Source: Candidatus Woesebacteria bacterium (GTDB lineage Bacteria > Patescibacteriota > Microgenomatia > UBA8517). From it: a stretch of DNA of 64,000 nt. The position numbers and the translations under genes are program-made. The notes beneath the pieces are model-generated. The model searched no databases. It was not told the DNA's origin and saw only the letters and a list, made by a program, of their open reading frames with translations. Positions 8,209 through 17,032 of the stretch are shown here, piece after piece. The stretch lies in NCBI GenBank assembly GCA_016700095.1, contig CP065002.1, forward strand, positions 28,074-92,073, in the 5' to 3' direction. Within the stretch, counting starts at the first letter, position 1; the number at the start of each line of letters is the position of its first letter.

Positions 8209-11112
8209 TTACTTATCCGATAAACAAAAATTGCTGAATTCACAATCTTTCTGGCAAATATAACTATGAGAACAAGAAAAATCCGAATTTTCGATATCTT
8301 CTCTTATCCTGAATATCTTGTTTTCAAAATCACTTAGCTGATCCGCACCTCTTACAGACGTTATCATGCTTTGGTTTTCAAAGTAATACAGGCAAAGTAT
8401 GATTTTTTCTGCCGTGACATTAAACGGTGGTTCTTTTATTTTACTTGCGGCCAGTGCATAAAAAGTCAACTGGTCGTTTTTGTCTACTTCGCGTTGACTT
8501 GGTACGTCTTCGCTTGTTTTATAATCAACAATTCGCAAAACACCTTGCGGTAATCTATCAATTCTGTCGATTTTCCCGCCAATTTTTAGACTTCTCCCCT
8601 TGTGTTTTGGATCTGTCAGATTAACCAGAAAAGAATGCTCAACGGCAATCGGCAAACTCTGTTTACGAAAGCTTTTTAACACATAGTCTTGTATGTATGC
8701 CCTACCCTTCTTTCTATATAAATCTTCGTGTATTTTGTGGGTAAATCCTTCGCTGACCCAGTTTTTTTCAAGAAATTCTTGAGCAAGTTTATCGGTAACA
8801 TTTACACCATTTACCGCATGTTTATAGATATCGTTTAGCGTCTGATGAATCGCAACACCAAAGGAAATCGGGGCAGTTTTCGGAGTTGGAACATTTAATA
8901 AATATTTCAGCTTGTAATGCAAAGGGCATATTTCGAAGGTTTGAATCTGCGAATAGGACAAATAATCAATGTGGAGTTTTTCATTTACCTGCTCCACCTT
9001 GCGGTCGTCGGTTTTTTTGTAATCGGCAAACGATAATTGAACGGAGTTTTCCACCTCACTACGGATAGCTTCGTCTCCAAGTGTCTCAAAGATAAACGGA
9101 GATAGTCTTTTGGTGCGTTTTCCCTCTCCATAATAATCCGCCGCTGTTAAATAGAGTTTTTCTTGTGCTCTTGTTACTCCCACGTAACAAAGCCGTCTTT
9201 CTTCTTGAAGATGGTGATCACCCGAGGATACAACTTCCTTAATAAGCCCATCCGGAATTGGAATCTGGTCTTTCCTGTCGGATGTCGGGAATCGTTGTGA
9301 TACTAAATTTACCAAAAAGACACATGGAAATTCCAATCCCTTGCTTGAATGTATTGTTAGTATGTTTACAGCATTGTTGTTTATCCAATCAATTTCTGCG
9401 GCAGCAGGCGATTCACCCTCCTCAATCATTAAGTCAATCCACTCGACAACACTTTGAACATTAGCGTTTTCTGTTTTTGTTTCAAAGTTTTTCAGCTTAT
9501 CGAAAAATTTAGAGATGTTTTTCGTAATCTTCTCAACATCCGGTGTATCTGGGTCGAGAAGTCTTTTTAACATTCCGGTTTCATCTAACAATGTATAAAC
9601 CAAACTACCCGCTGTACTTTTTTCACTTAATTCAATATGGCGCTGAAGTAACTTGTAAATTTTTGTTATTCCAGATTTACCTTTGGTAATACTTATATCT
9701 CGTAGGTCATCTTCCAAAACCTCAAAAAGTGATTTGTTTTTCTTTCTGGCGTAGCTTGTTATTTTTTTCAAGTCTCTGACATTAATTGCAAAATAGTCGG
9801 AAGCAATAAGCCTAAAAAGTGACAAGGAATCATCGGGGTCATTTACTACTTTTAAGTACGCAATTATTTCTTGAATTTCTTTTTGCAAGAAAAGCTTCCC
9901 CGGTCCTAAAAACTGATAGGGAATATTTTTTCTTGCCAACGCGTTTATAAAACTACTGGCATGATCATTTGCGCGAACGAGAATTGCAACATCGTTATAT
10001 TGATAGTCATCCCTAGTCATTCTAAATATTTCATCAGCAACTACTCGCGCCTCGTTTTCGGCGTTTGCTTCGTGAATGAACTTTACTTCCCCCTTACCGG
10101 CAATTTTTGATATCAGTTTCTTGTTTATTTTTTCAACTACTTCCAATCGGTCGGGGTTGTTGAATTGAATTAGATTGTAAGCATTATCCAATATTTCTTG
10201 CCTTGATCTGTAATTATTAATTAAGGTAATTGTTTTTACTTTTGGAAAACTGTTCCTGAACTGGATTGCGTTTGATACCGCCGCTCCTCGAAATCTATAA
10301 ATCGACTGATCATCGTCAAGAACTACTGTTATATTTTCGTCGTCGTTTGCTAACATCTTTACCAATTCGTTTTGGGCAATATTGGTATCTTGATATTCAT
10401 CAACTAAAATATATGAAAATTTCTTTTGGTAATTCATGAGGATATTTGGACGTACTCTGAATAATTTCAAGGTATTGGTTATTAAATCACCGAAGTCCAT
10501 TTTTCCTTCATGTATTTTTAGATCGCAGTACTTTTTGTAAGCATTTGAAAGCTCGTTCCACTTTTTTACTTCGATTTGTTCATCTTCGGTATGTTTTTTG
10601 TTGTCGTTACTTTTAACCCAATCGCAATATTGATCAGCTGTAACGTCCTCGTCTTGAAGACGACTAAAATGCTGACACAAACCTTTAATAAATTTGTTTG
10701 GATTTCCGAGTGGGCGGTAATACTTAAAATCAAAATCGTAAAGATGTTTGGTTATAAAACGCATCGTTTCCGAAGTTGTCATAAGATCATACGACGTAGT
10801 AAGCCCAATCGCTAACGCTTCCTGGCGAAGTATGCGGTCACAGAACGAATGAAAGGTAGAAATCCACATTTGTGAATAACCCAACGAAAGGGCAACATCA
10901 ATCCTCTCCTCCATTTCACTTGCTGCTTTTTCGGTAAACGTAAGGGCAAGAATGTCGGATGGATTGATACCACGATTCATAATTAAGTATTTAATTCTCT
11001 CGACAATCACAGTGGTTTTCCCAGTACCTGCACCCGCAACCACCATAAGTGGACCTTTGTTGTGCTTAACACACTTAAGCTGTTCGTTATTTAGTTTTTG
11101 GTAAGTGTCCAT
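8209..11112 (-). CDS. UvrD-like helicase fused to a C-terminal RecB-family PD-(D/E)xK nuclease domain with a Cys cluster (AddAB/AdnAB-like helicase-nuclease)
   Basis: The N-terminus carries VVAGAGTGKTTV (Walker A) and VDEYQDTN. The C-terminal ~250 aa has IDRIDRL...IVDYKT (RecB nuclease motifs II/III) and the terminal CSHSYICQKDCEFSNFC (C-x5-C-x3-C-x5-C), preceded by an upstream Cys (FEICPLHY). This arrangement resembles Cas4/AddB Fe-S nuclease domains. Confidence 0.8.
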   Translation of the reverse strand: MDTYQKLNNEQLKCVKHNKGPLMVVAGAGTGKTTVIVERIKYLIMNRGINPSDILALTFTEKAASEMEERIDVALSLGYSQMWISTFHSFCDRILRQEALAIGLTTSYDLMTTSETMRFITKHLYDFDFKYYRPLGNPNKFIKGLCQHFSRLQDEDVTADQYCDWVKSNDNKKHTEDEQIEVKKWNELSNAYKKYCDLKIHEGKMDFGDLITNTLKLFRVRPNILMNYQKKFSYILVDEYQDTNIAQNELVKMLANDDENITVVLDDDQSIYRFRGAAVSNAIQFRNSFPKVKTITLINNYRSRQEILDNAYNLIQFNNPDRLEVVEKINKKLISKIAGKGEVKFIHEANAENEARVVADEIFRMTRDDYQYNDVAILVRANDHASSFINALARKNIPYQFLGPGKLFLQKEIQEIIAYLKVVNDPDDSLSLFRLIASDYFAINVRDLKKITSYARKKNKSLFEVLEDDLRDISITKGKSGITKIYKLLQRHIELSEKSTAGSLVYTLLDETGMLKRLLDPDTPDVEKITKNISKFFDKLKNFETKTENANVQSVVEWIDLMIEEGESPAAAEIDWINNNAVNILTIHSSKGLEFPCVFLVNLVSQRFPTSDRKDQIPIPDGLIKEVVSSGDHHLQEERRLCYVGVTRAQEKLYLTAADYYGEGKRTKRLSPFIFETLGDEAIRSEVENSVQLSFADYKKTDDRKVEQVNEKLHIDYLSYSQIQTFEICPLHYKLKYLLNVPTPKTAPISFGVAIHQTLNDIYKHAVNGVNVTDKLAQEFLEKNWVSEGFTHKIHEDLYRKKGRAYIQDYVLKSFRKQSLPIAVEHSFLVNLTDPKHKGRSLKIGGKIDRIDRLPQGVLRIVDYKTSEDVPSQREVDKNDQLTFYALAASKIKEPPFNVTAEKIILCLYYFENQSMITSVRGADQLSDFENKIFRIREDIENSDFSCSHSYICQKDCEFSNFCLSDK

Positions 11113-11169
11113 AAATTAGTGTTAGAATAACACAATTTCTTGATACGGGTTATAAGTGAGGTATAAAAT

Positions 11170-12183
11170 TTACGGTTTCTTTTGTTCTAACAGCTTATTC
11201 TTGTCATCGTCTACACTTAACTCTTTAGTGTTTGAGATTTTTTGCCCTAATTGCGCATAGCCTGTCAAAACATTACCCATCATCGCATGGGCGTTATTCA
11301 CATGTTTTTGTAAAGTAAACAAATTCTCGTCGACTTTATAATAGTCTTTCTGGATTGCTCGTAGCATTGCAAACACTTCTCTAGCTTTATTTTCAATTTT
11401 TTGGCCTTCAAACGACAGAAGCAGAGTTTGTAAGTGGGCATACAAAGTTGTCGGAGAAACGGGATACACCCTCGCCAGCTGAGCATCGGACATTAAACCA
11501 ACATCATTTACCATTTCATAATAAACAGCCTCCGAAGGAATATACATAAGGGCAAAATCCATTGTTCCTTCTTCAGGTAATATATATTTTCTGGAGATAT
11601 CGCCAATGTGTTTTTTTATATCTTTCCTGAATAATTTAGTATATGCCTCACGCTCTGTTGCCTTTACTGCCGAAGCCAGTTTTGCAAAGTTCTCCATTGG
11701 AAACTTAGAATCGATTGGCAGTATTCCGGCACTGGTTTTAATTGCCGCGTCGACTTTCTCCCCTGATTTGAAAGTGTATTGCAGAGAAAATGTCGACTTT
11801 GGAAACATTTGACCAATCAAATCTTTCAGAACTTGCTCGCCAATATTACCTCTTAGTTTTGGGCTCGCAAGAAATTGCTGCAATTCTTTAATTCCGCGAC
11901 CTATCTCACTCATCTCACCAAGATTTCGTTGCACTTCTCCAATTACTTTGGCTGCGTTGTCTAATCTCAAATTAAAATTATTTGACGAATCGCGGATGGA
12001 TTCGGAAAATTGTTTGCTCTGTAAATCAAGGCGTACATTTGTCGTTTTGAGATATTCAAGGAGGTCACCTGATAATTTCTGGGTTTCTTTAAGATTGGAA
12101 AATCTAATATTAAGATAAATGCCAATAACGACAAAACCAATCACTCCGATAATTAATATCAACGCTACTGCAGCAAAATCCAT
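11170..12183 (-). CDS. rmuC: DNA recombination protein RmuC homolog
   Basis: An N-terminal TM helix, a long coiled-coil segment and a C-terminal RmuC-like domain are present. It lies immediately upstream of, and co-directional with, the helicase-nuclease gene. Confidence 0.6.
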   Translation of the reverse strand: MDFAAVALILIIGVIGFVVIGIYLNIRFSNLKETQKLSGDLLEYLKTTNVRLDLQSKQFSESIRDSSNNFNLRLDNAAKVIGEVQRNLGEMSEIGRGIKELQQFLASPKLRGNIGEQVLKDLIGQMFPKSTFSLQYTFKSGEKVDAAIKTSAGILPIDSKFPMENFAKLASAVKATEREAYTKLFRKDIKKHIGDISRKYILPEEGTMDFALMYIPSEAVYYEMVNDVGLMSDAQLARVYPVSPTTLYAHLQTLLLSFEGQKIENKAREVFAMLRAIQKDYYKVDENLFTLQKHVNNAHAMMGNVLTGYAQLGQKISNTKELSVDDDKNKLLEQKKP

Positions 12184-12232
12184 GTGTACTCATTCTATCA
12201 TCTCCCTGAAATGATATCATTTACTTAAACTT

Positions 12233-12691
12233 ATGAATTTACAAAAAGCAAAAAAGAAAACGCGTCTTAACTTGAGATCGTTAATATTTTTACACCCTCT
12301 CAAAAGAGTGAGGGTTAAAAATGCACATACAAATACTTTTGTGAAACACCAAAAAAAACTTACCAACAAAACGGATAGATTTGAAAAAGTACGAAGAAGA
12401 AAAAATTTTTTTCCCTCATTGCTTATCAATATTATTTTATGGGTTATGTGGATAACGTTTGTTTATTCGGTTGAACCCGATACCATTTTAGCTATCCCCC
12501 TGTTTTTTGTTTTAACATTTCTGTGCTTACTTTTCACAATTTCATTTTTATTAATTAATACTCAACGAGGTGTCCTTATTTCAACAATTATTGTTGTTTT
12601 TCTAGTTCTTCGATATTTGGGGGTAGGCAATTTACTAAACCTGTTGTTACTAACTGGTCTATATATTACCTACGAATTATATGTAAATTAG
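12233..12691 (+). CDS. Small hypothetical membrane protein (true start probably the internal Met, MWITFVYS)
   Basis: The C-terminal ~80 aa form 3 hydrophobic helices. The N-terminal portion is Lys/Arg-rich and low complexity and may not be translated. Confidence 0.3.
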   Translation: MNLQKAKKKTRLNLRSLIFLHPLKRVRVKNAHTNTFVKHQKKLTNKTDRFEKVRRRKNFFPSLLINIILWVMWITFVYSVEPDTILAIPLFFVLTFLCLLFTISFLLINTQRGVLISTIIVVFLVLRYLGVGNLLNLLLLTGLYITYELYVN

Positions 12692-12927
12692 CTGCCTGCT
12701 CGACACTCAAAATCAATCGCAATTTAGTGTGATGCTTGTGAATTGTCTTAATCTTTCGTCTTTATAATTTCTTTGGTTACATCCAGAAATCATAATTTTC
12801 TTAATTCATCTACTTGTTAACACGGTTTCCATTATTAAATGAATTTCCGTCAAGATAACACTTGACGACGCCAAAAACGCTGATATACTGCGATTAAGAA
12901 TCTTTCATTCTAACTGCCGTTTGTATA

Positions 12928-13281
12928 ATGCGAACGTCTAATAAAAAGTTAAATCTTTCTCTTCAAAAACAAGTTTATTCACTTTTTAATCAATTGATTG
13001 TTGACATAAAGGGAAACGACGAAGCTGAATTAATCATGCGCGATTTTTTCAAAGATTCGGAATATGAAATGTTTGCCAAAAGGTTAGCCATCGCATATTG
13101 GCTAAAGAAGGGAAGAAGTTATGCAAATATCAAAAAGAATTTAAAGGTGTCTTCGGCAACAATCGCTTCAATTCAACAAACAATGGACAAAAAGGGAATA
13201 AAACACGCTTTGAAATATGTCGAGGCCGATGAGTGGGCGTCAAAGTGGTCTGAAAAAATTAAAAAAATTACACGAAGATAA
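12928..13281 (+). CDS. YerC/YecD-family TrpR-like DNA-binding protein
   Basis: At 117 aa, MRDFFKDSEYEMFAKRLAIAYWLKKGRSYANIKKNLKVSSATIASIQ matches the TrpR-like YerC/YecD family. A TTGACG-N16-TATACT promoter lies upstream (12871-12898). Confidence 0.6.
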   Translation: MRTSNKKLNLSLQKQVYSLFNQLIVDIKGNDEAELIMRDFFKDSEYEMFAKRLAIAYWLKKGRSYANIKKNLKVSSATIASIQQTMDKKGIKHALKYVEADEWASKWSEKIKKITRR

Positions 13282-13282
13282 A

Positions 13283-13828
13283 TCAAATATCAATTTCAAT
13301 GATCCTCGCTCCGTAAGTTCGATACAGTTTGCTTTCTTCATACACCGACTCAGCATTCGAATATTGATGTCCAACAAACACATATTTTGGTCTTTTCGCA
13401 AGGACATATCGCCTAATATTTTCCGACCCAATATGAACTGGATCATTTGGGTCATCCAGCATTCCTTTTGGCCCAGCATGAAGAAGCAAAATATCAACAT
13501 ATGGAAAAGTGTCTGCAAAATTTGCAGCTTCCTCTTTTGTATACATGAGACCAGAATTTTTGTATTTTAAACACCCCTGGAATCCTCCCCATTTTAGTCC
13601 TCCAAAATTAACAACTTTGTTGTGTAGGTTTACAATTCCAAGTTGGTCAAAATACCGACCCGAGTCGTGGTTTCCATATACGCCAAACGAAGGTTTCTTG
13701 ATATGCATCTCTTCAAGTCCGGGAAAATCAAAAAGAGTCAAGTCTCCTGTCGAAACCAAAATCTCACATTGACTATATAAGTTAGCAAAATCGGCTGAGG
13801 TGCAATCAGAATAATGAAGTATTTTCAT
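13283..13828 (-). CDS. Calcineurin-like metallophosphoesterase
   Basis: It carries the GDLT, GNHDS and GH motifs (VYGNHDSGRY, LLLHAGP, FVGHQ). Confidence 0.65.
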   Translation of the reverse strand: MKILHYSDCTSADFANLYSQCEILVSTGDLTLFDFPGLEEMHIKKPSFGVYGNHDSGRYFDQLGIVNLHNKVVNFGGLKWGGFQGCLKYKNSGLMYTKEEAANFADTFPYVDILLLHAGPKGMLDDPNDPVHIGSENIRRYVLAKRPKYVFVGHQYSNAESVYEESKLYRTYGARIIEIDI

Positions 13829-13845
13829 TAGGATTAAAGATGGCC

Positions 13846-14475
13846 TTACAGATGGTATTTCTCACAAAGTCCACTATAAACATACAAACCTTCCCGACCA
13901 TTTTCATGATACGCATACGGAAAGTACATTGCCCATTCGTCATCTCCAAGTTCAAATAAGTCGTTTAGTTTTTTGTCTTCACCAGCAAAAGTATTCTTTA
14001 GGTACACTCTCTCGTCTAATGATAAATGTCCGATAATTAAACATCCTAAATTTGCAAACATGTTATCTGTAATACTCTGTTTTATTTCTTTCACATTGAT
14101 TTCTTCAACAACCACAATTAGTTTTTTTGGCCGAGCTTCTGCAAATAAGTAGTGAATTACTCCGTTTCCACTCCACCGAGAAAGATCATTTATACCAATA
14201 ACATGATGTATGCCATTTTTTCTGTCCTCATGACTAGAACTTTCATGGTCGACAAACTTATCAAAGTCGTGGTTTAGATTATGAAATACTTCATCTTTCT
14301 GAAAAGTCCACTTATTAAATCTGAAACTTTTTTTCAAGGACTCTGCATTCGATGTTTCTCTTTCCCAAAGTTCATACACAGAATTTGCACCACCATAATT
14401 AGCATCTGGAATTTTTCCAATTATCACAACAGTTCTTCGATAATCAATTGGGTTAAAAGAAAGTGGAAATTTCAC
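13846..14475 (-). CDS. Hypothetical protein, possibly degenerate metallophosphoesterase-like
   Basis: An ORF of 209 aa co-directional with the previous gene. It contains GHLSLDE and HHVIGIND segments but no clean motif set. Confidence 0.35.
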   Translation of the reverse strand: MKFPLSFNPIDYRRTVVIIGKIPDANYGGANSVYELWERETSNAESLKKSFRFNKWTFQKDEVFHNLNHDFDKFVDHESSSHEDRKNGIHHVIGINDLSRWSGNGVIHYLFAEARPKKLIVVVEEINVKEIKQSITDNMFANLGCLIIGHLSLDERVYLKNTFAGEDKKLNDLFELGDDEWAMYFPYAYHENGREGLYVYSGLCEKYHL

Positions 14476-14496
14476 AGTTAAACATTAACATAAGGC

Positions 14497-14630
14497 TTGA
14501 TAATGTTGCAATCTGTTGGTAAACTGCGAACATGGTACCGAGCATAACAATTGTTTCAATGATGATGGCAGACTTCTCATAGGAGGTTTGTCTTATCAGT
14601 GGAAAAACCTCCGAACGGAGGTTTTTTTTT
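14497..14630 (+). promoter_or_regulatory. Candidate Met-sensing transcription attenuator: promoter, leaderless 16-codon leader ORF with MMM, and alternative antiterminator/terminator hairpins
   Basis: A TTGATA-N17-TAAACT promoter sits at 14497-14525. An ATG at 14532 opens MVPSITIVSMMMADFS* (14532-14582), with three consecutive Met codons at 14559-14567. GGAGGTTTG (14583-14591) can pair with AAACCTCC (14605-14612) as an alternative to the terminator stem CCTCCG/GGAGG (14608-14621) plus a T9 run (14622-14630). Confidence 0.4.
14603..14630 (+). terminator. Rho-independent terminator (attenuator terminator)
   Basis: AAACCTCCGAACGGAGGTTTTTTTTT is a GC-rich stem followed by a 9-T run. Confidence 0.6.
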
Positions 14631-14716
14631 GAGCAAATATATCAGTTTACCCAAGTAGACACACGAAGACTTGTTGAATATATCAACAATGAAAGTTGTG
14701 TGTTTTAAATCACATA

Positions 14717-15544
14717 ATGAAACCGAAATTTATTACCCTAATAAACGACTGTAAAGACGATAATGCCAAAAGCAGACAAACAACAAGGTGGTCTGCTCTT
14801 TTCCCTTCGATCAATGTGTCGTTTGTCGGCGTAGACAGTTCTTTGGGTAAAAATTCAACCATCGAAGCCGCCGGAAATATTATCGACATTCTCGACGCCA
14901 GCATGCATGAACCCGGTATTTTAGCAGTAAACGTTGCGCCTCGCGGAACCAAGACCGACGGTGAAAACGGTTCAAGTTTCTGTTATTTTTGGATAGGAAA
15001 TGTGTTAGTTGTCTCAACAGTCAAAGATTACAACCTGTCGCTAGTCAAAAAATTCGGCATGGTAAAAAATATTAATATTCTCGATATTCCAACAATACTC
15101 AAGAAATTAGTTAAAGCTCAGCTCGTATCTCGTCAGCTTGCCGAACATATTTCCAAGTCACAATTTAGGAGTTTTGATTTCCAACCCAGGGTCGCCAAGT
15201 GGATTTGCGATGGAGTTGATGTTCCTTCCAAAAAAATACCGATTAAAACAATTAGTGATATACCCCAATCTGCTTGGTGTATCGATTCCTTTGGGAACAT
15301 TAAATTAACCTTGACAGCACAAGATTTCTGTTCCTCTACTCCACCTTGTATAATCAAAACAAGCATTGGAGTTTTCAAATATTATAAACATCTCAAAGAC
15401 GTACCAGATGGCGACACGGCGATATACATTGGAAGTTCGGGATGGAAAAAACACAGGTTTCTTGAACTGGCGACACAAAATCGAAAACCGGGTGCGGCCA
15501 AAAAACTTGGTGTCAAAATTGGTAGTGAAATAAATATTCTGTAA
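14717..15544 (+). CDS. SAM hydroxide adenosyltransferase-like protein (DUF62; fluorinase/chlorinase/SAM-hydrolase family)
   Basis: Three family-like motifs are present: INDCKDDNA (cf. FlA SDLGTTDDS), FCYFWIGNVLVVST (cf. YIYIAPNNGLLT) and CIDSFGNIKLTL (cf. IDHPFGNVWTNI). It lies 15 nt upstream of metG. Confidence 0.5.
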   Translation: MKPKFITLINDCKDDNAKSRQTTRWSALFPSINVSFVGVDSSLGKNSTIEAAGNIIDILDASMHEPGILAVNVAPRGTKTDGENGSSFCYFWIGNVLVVSTVKDYNLSLVKKFGMVKNINILDIPTILKKLVKAQLVSRQLAEHISKSQFRSFDFQPRVAKWICDGVDVPSKKIPIKTISDIPQSAWCIDSFGNIKLTLTAQDFCSSTPPCIIKTSIGVFKYYKHLKDVPDGDTAIYIGSSGWKKHRFLELATQNRKPGAAKKLGVKIGSEINIL

Positions 15545-15559
15545 AACAATATCACATTT

Positions 15560-16993
15560 ATGAACAAAAATTATTACATTACAACAACCCTACCCTATGT
15601 AAATGCCTTACCGCACATGGGTTTCGCGCTTGAGATAATCCAAGCAGATATACTTGCCAGGTACAACGAAAGACTTGGTAACACTGTTTTTTTTAATTTC
15701 GGTACCGACGAACACGGACAAAAAATATACCAGAAGGCGGTGGCGTCGGGAAAACCTCCGCAAGATTATGTTGATGAATTTGCTGCAAAATTCGATGATT
15801 TAAAAATAGCGTTAAATCTAAGTTACAATAATTTCATACGCACAACCGACGCACATCACAAAAAAGCAGCTCAAGAAATATGGATCAGATGTCGCGATAA
15901 CGGTTACATCGAAAAAGGGATATATAAAACGAAATACTGTATCGGCTGTGAACTCGAAAAACAAGATTCTGACTTGCAAGACGGCAAATGTCCACTGCAC
16001 CCCACTTACGAAATTCAATATATTGAAGAGGAGAATTATTTTTTTAAATTTTCCAAACTCCAACTCAAGCTACTCGACTTATATCAAGCAAATGAAAATT
16101 TCGTCGTACCAAAACACAGGTATACAGAAATCATAAACTTCGTTAAAAGCGGACTAAACGACTTTAGTATCTCCAGACAAAAGGAAAAAATGCCGTGGGG
16201 AATTGAGGTTCCCGATGACAACAAGCACGTAATGTACGTATGGTTTGATGCGCTGACGAATTACATCTCCGCTCTTGGGTGGCCGGAGAACACGTCAAAA
16301 TTCAACGATTATTGGGGTTCTATCGCTAACCCAAATGCGATTCAAATTGCCGGAAAAGACAATTTAAGACAACAATCCTCTATGTGGCAGGCAATGCTTC
16401 TTGCTGCAGGTTTACCGCCAACCAAGCAAATCATAATTCACGGATTCATTACATCCGGTGGGCAAAAGATGAGCAAAAGCTTAGGAAATGTTATTAACCC
16501 CTTCGAATATGTCGATACTTATGGAACAGATGCGGTAAGATATTATCTTGTTTCAAAAATTAATCCTTTCGAAGACAGCGATTTTACCAAAGAAAGCTTT
16601 GAGCTGACATACCAGGCTGACCTCGCAAACGGTTTGGGCAATCTGGTGTCAAGAGTAAGTAAAATGTGTGAAACACAAGGAGTGGTCGCAAATTCTCACA
16701 ACGACTTAAAATTTAGTCCACTGATAGTTAATCATTTGACATCTTATCGTTTCGATATGGCTATTAAAACAATCTGGGACAGCATTAAAAAAACCGATAT
16801 GTGGATTAACGACAACAAAGTGTGGGAGTTAACGGGTGAAGAGAAAAATAAAGCCTTAAGCTATCTTGTTGGCATAATATTACAGATAACGTATGATTTA
16901 TATCCATTTATGCCCGAAACTGCTGACAAAATTAAAAAGCAGTTTACCAGCGATAGTATTAAATTGTCTAATCCCCTTTTCCCAAGGCTTTAA
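15560..16993 (+). CDS. metG: Methionyl-tRNA synthetase (short, class I)
   Basis: It has the PYVNALPHMGFA (HIGH-type) motif, a Zn knuckle CIGCELEK...CPLHP, the KMSKSLGNVI motif and the anticodon-binding helical domain, in 477 aa. Confidence 0.85.
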   Translation: MNKNYYITTTLPYVNALPHMGFALEIIQADILARYNERLGNTVFFNFGTDEHGQKIYQKAVASGKPPQDYVDEFAAKFDDLKIALNLSYNNFIRTTDAHHKKAAQEIWIRCRDNGYIEKGIYKTKYCIGCELEKQDSDLQDGKCPLHPTYEIQYIEEENYFFKFSKLQLKLLDLYQANENFVVPKHRYTEIINFVKSGLNDFSISRQKEKMPWGIEVPDDNKHVMYVWFDALTNYISALGWPENTSKFNDYWGSIANPNAIQIAGKDNLRQQSSMWQAMLLAAGLPPTKQIIIHGFITSGGQKMSKSLGNVINPFEYVDTYGTDAVRYYLVSKINPFEDSDFTKESFELTYQADLANGLGNLVSRVSKMCETQGVVANSHNDLKFSPLIVNHLTSYRFDMAIKTIWDSIKKTDMWINDNKVWELTGEEKNKALSYLVGIILQITYDLYPFMPETADKIKKQFTSDSIKLSNPLFPRL

Positions 16994-17032
16994 TTTTCTT
17001 TTCTGATTTTTATTTATAATATAATTAAAAGG

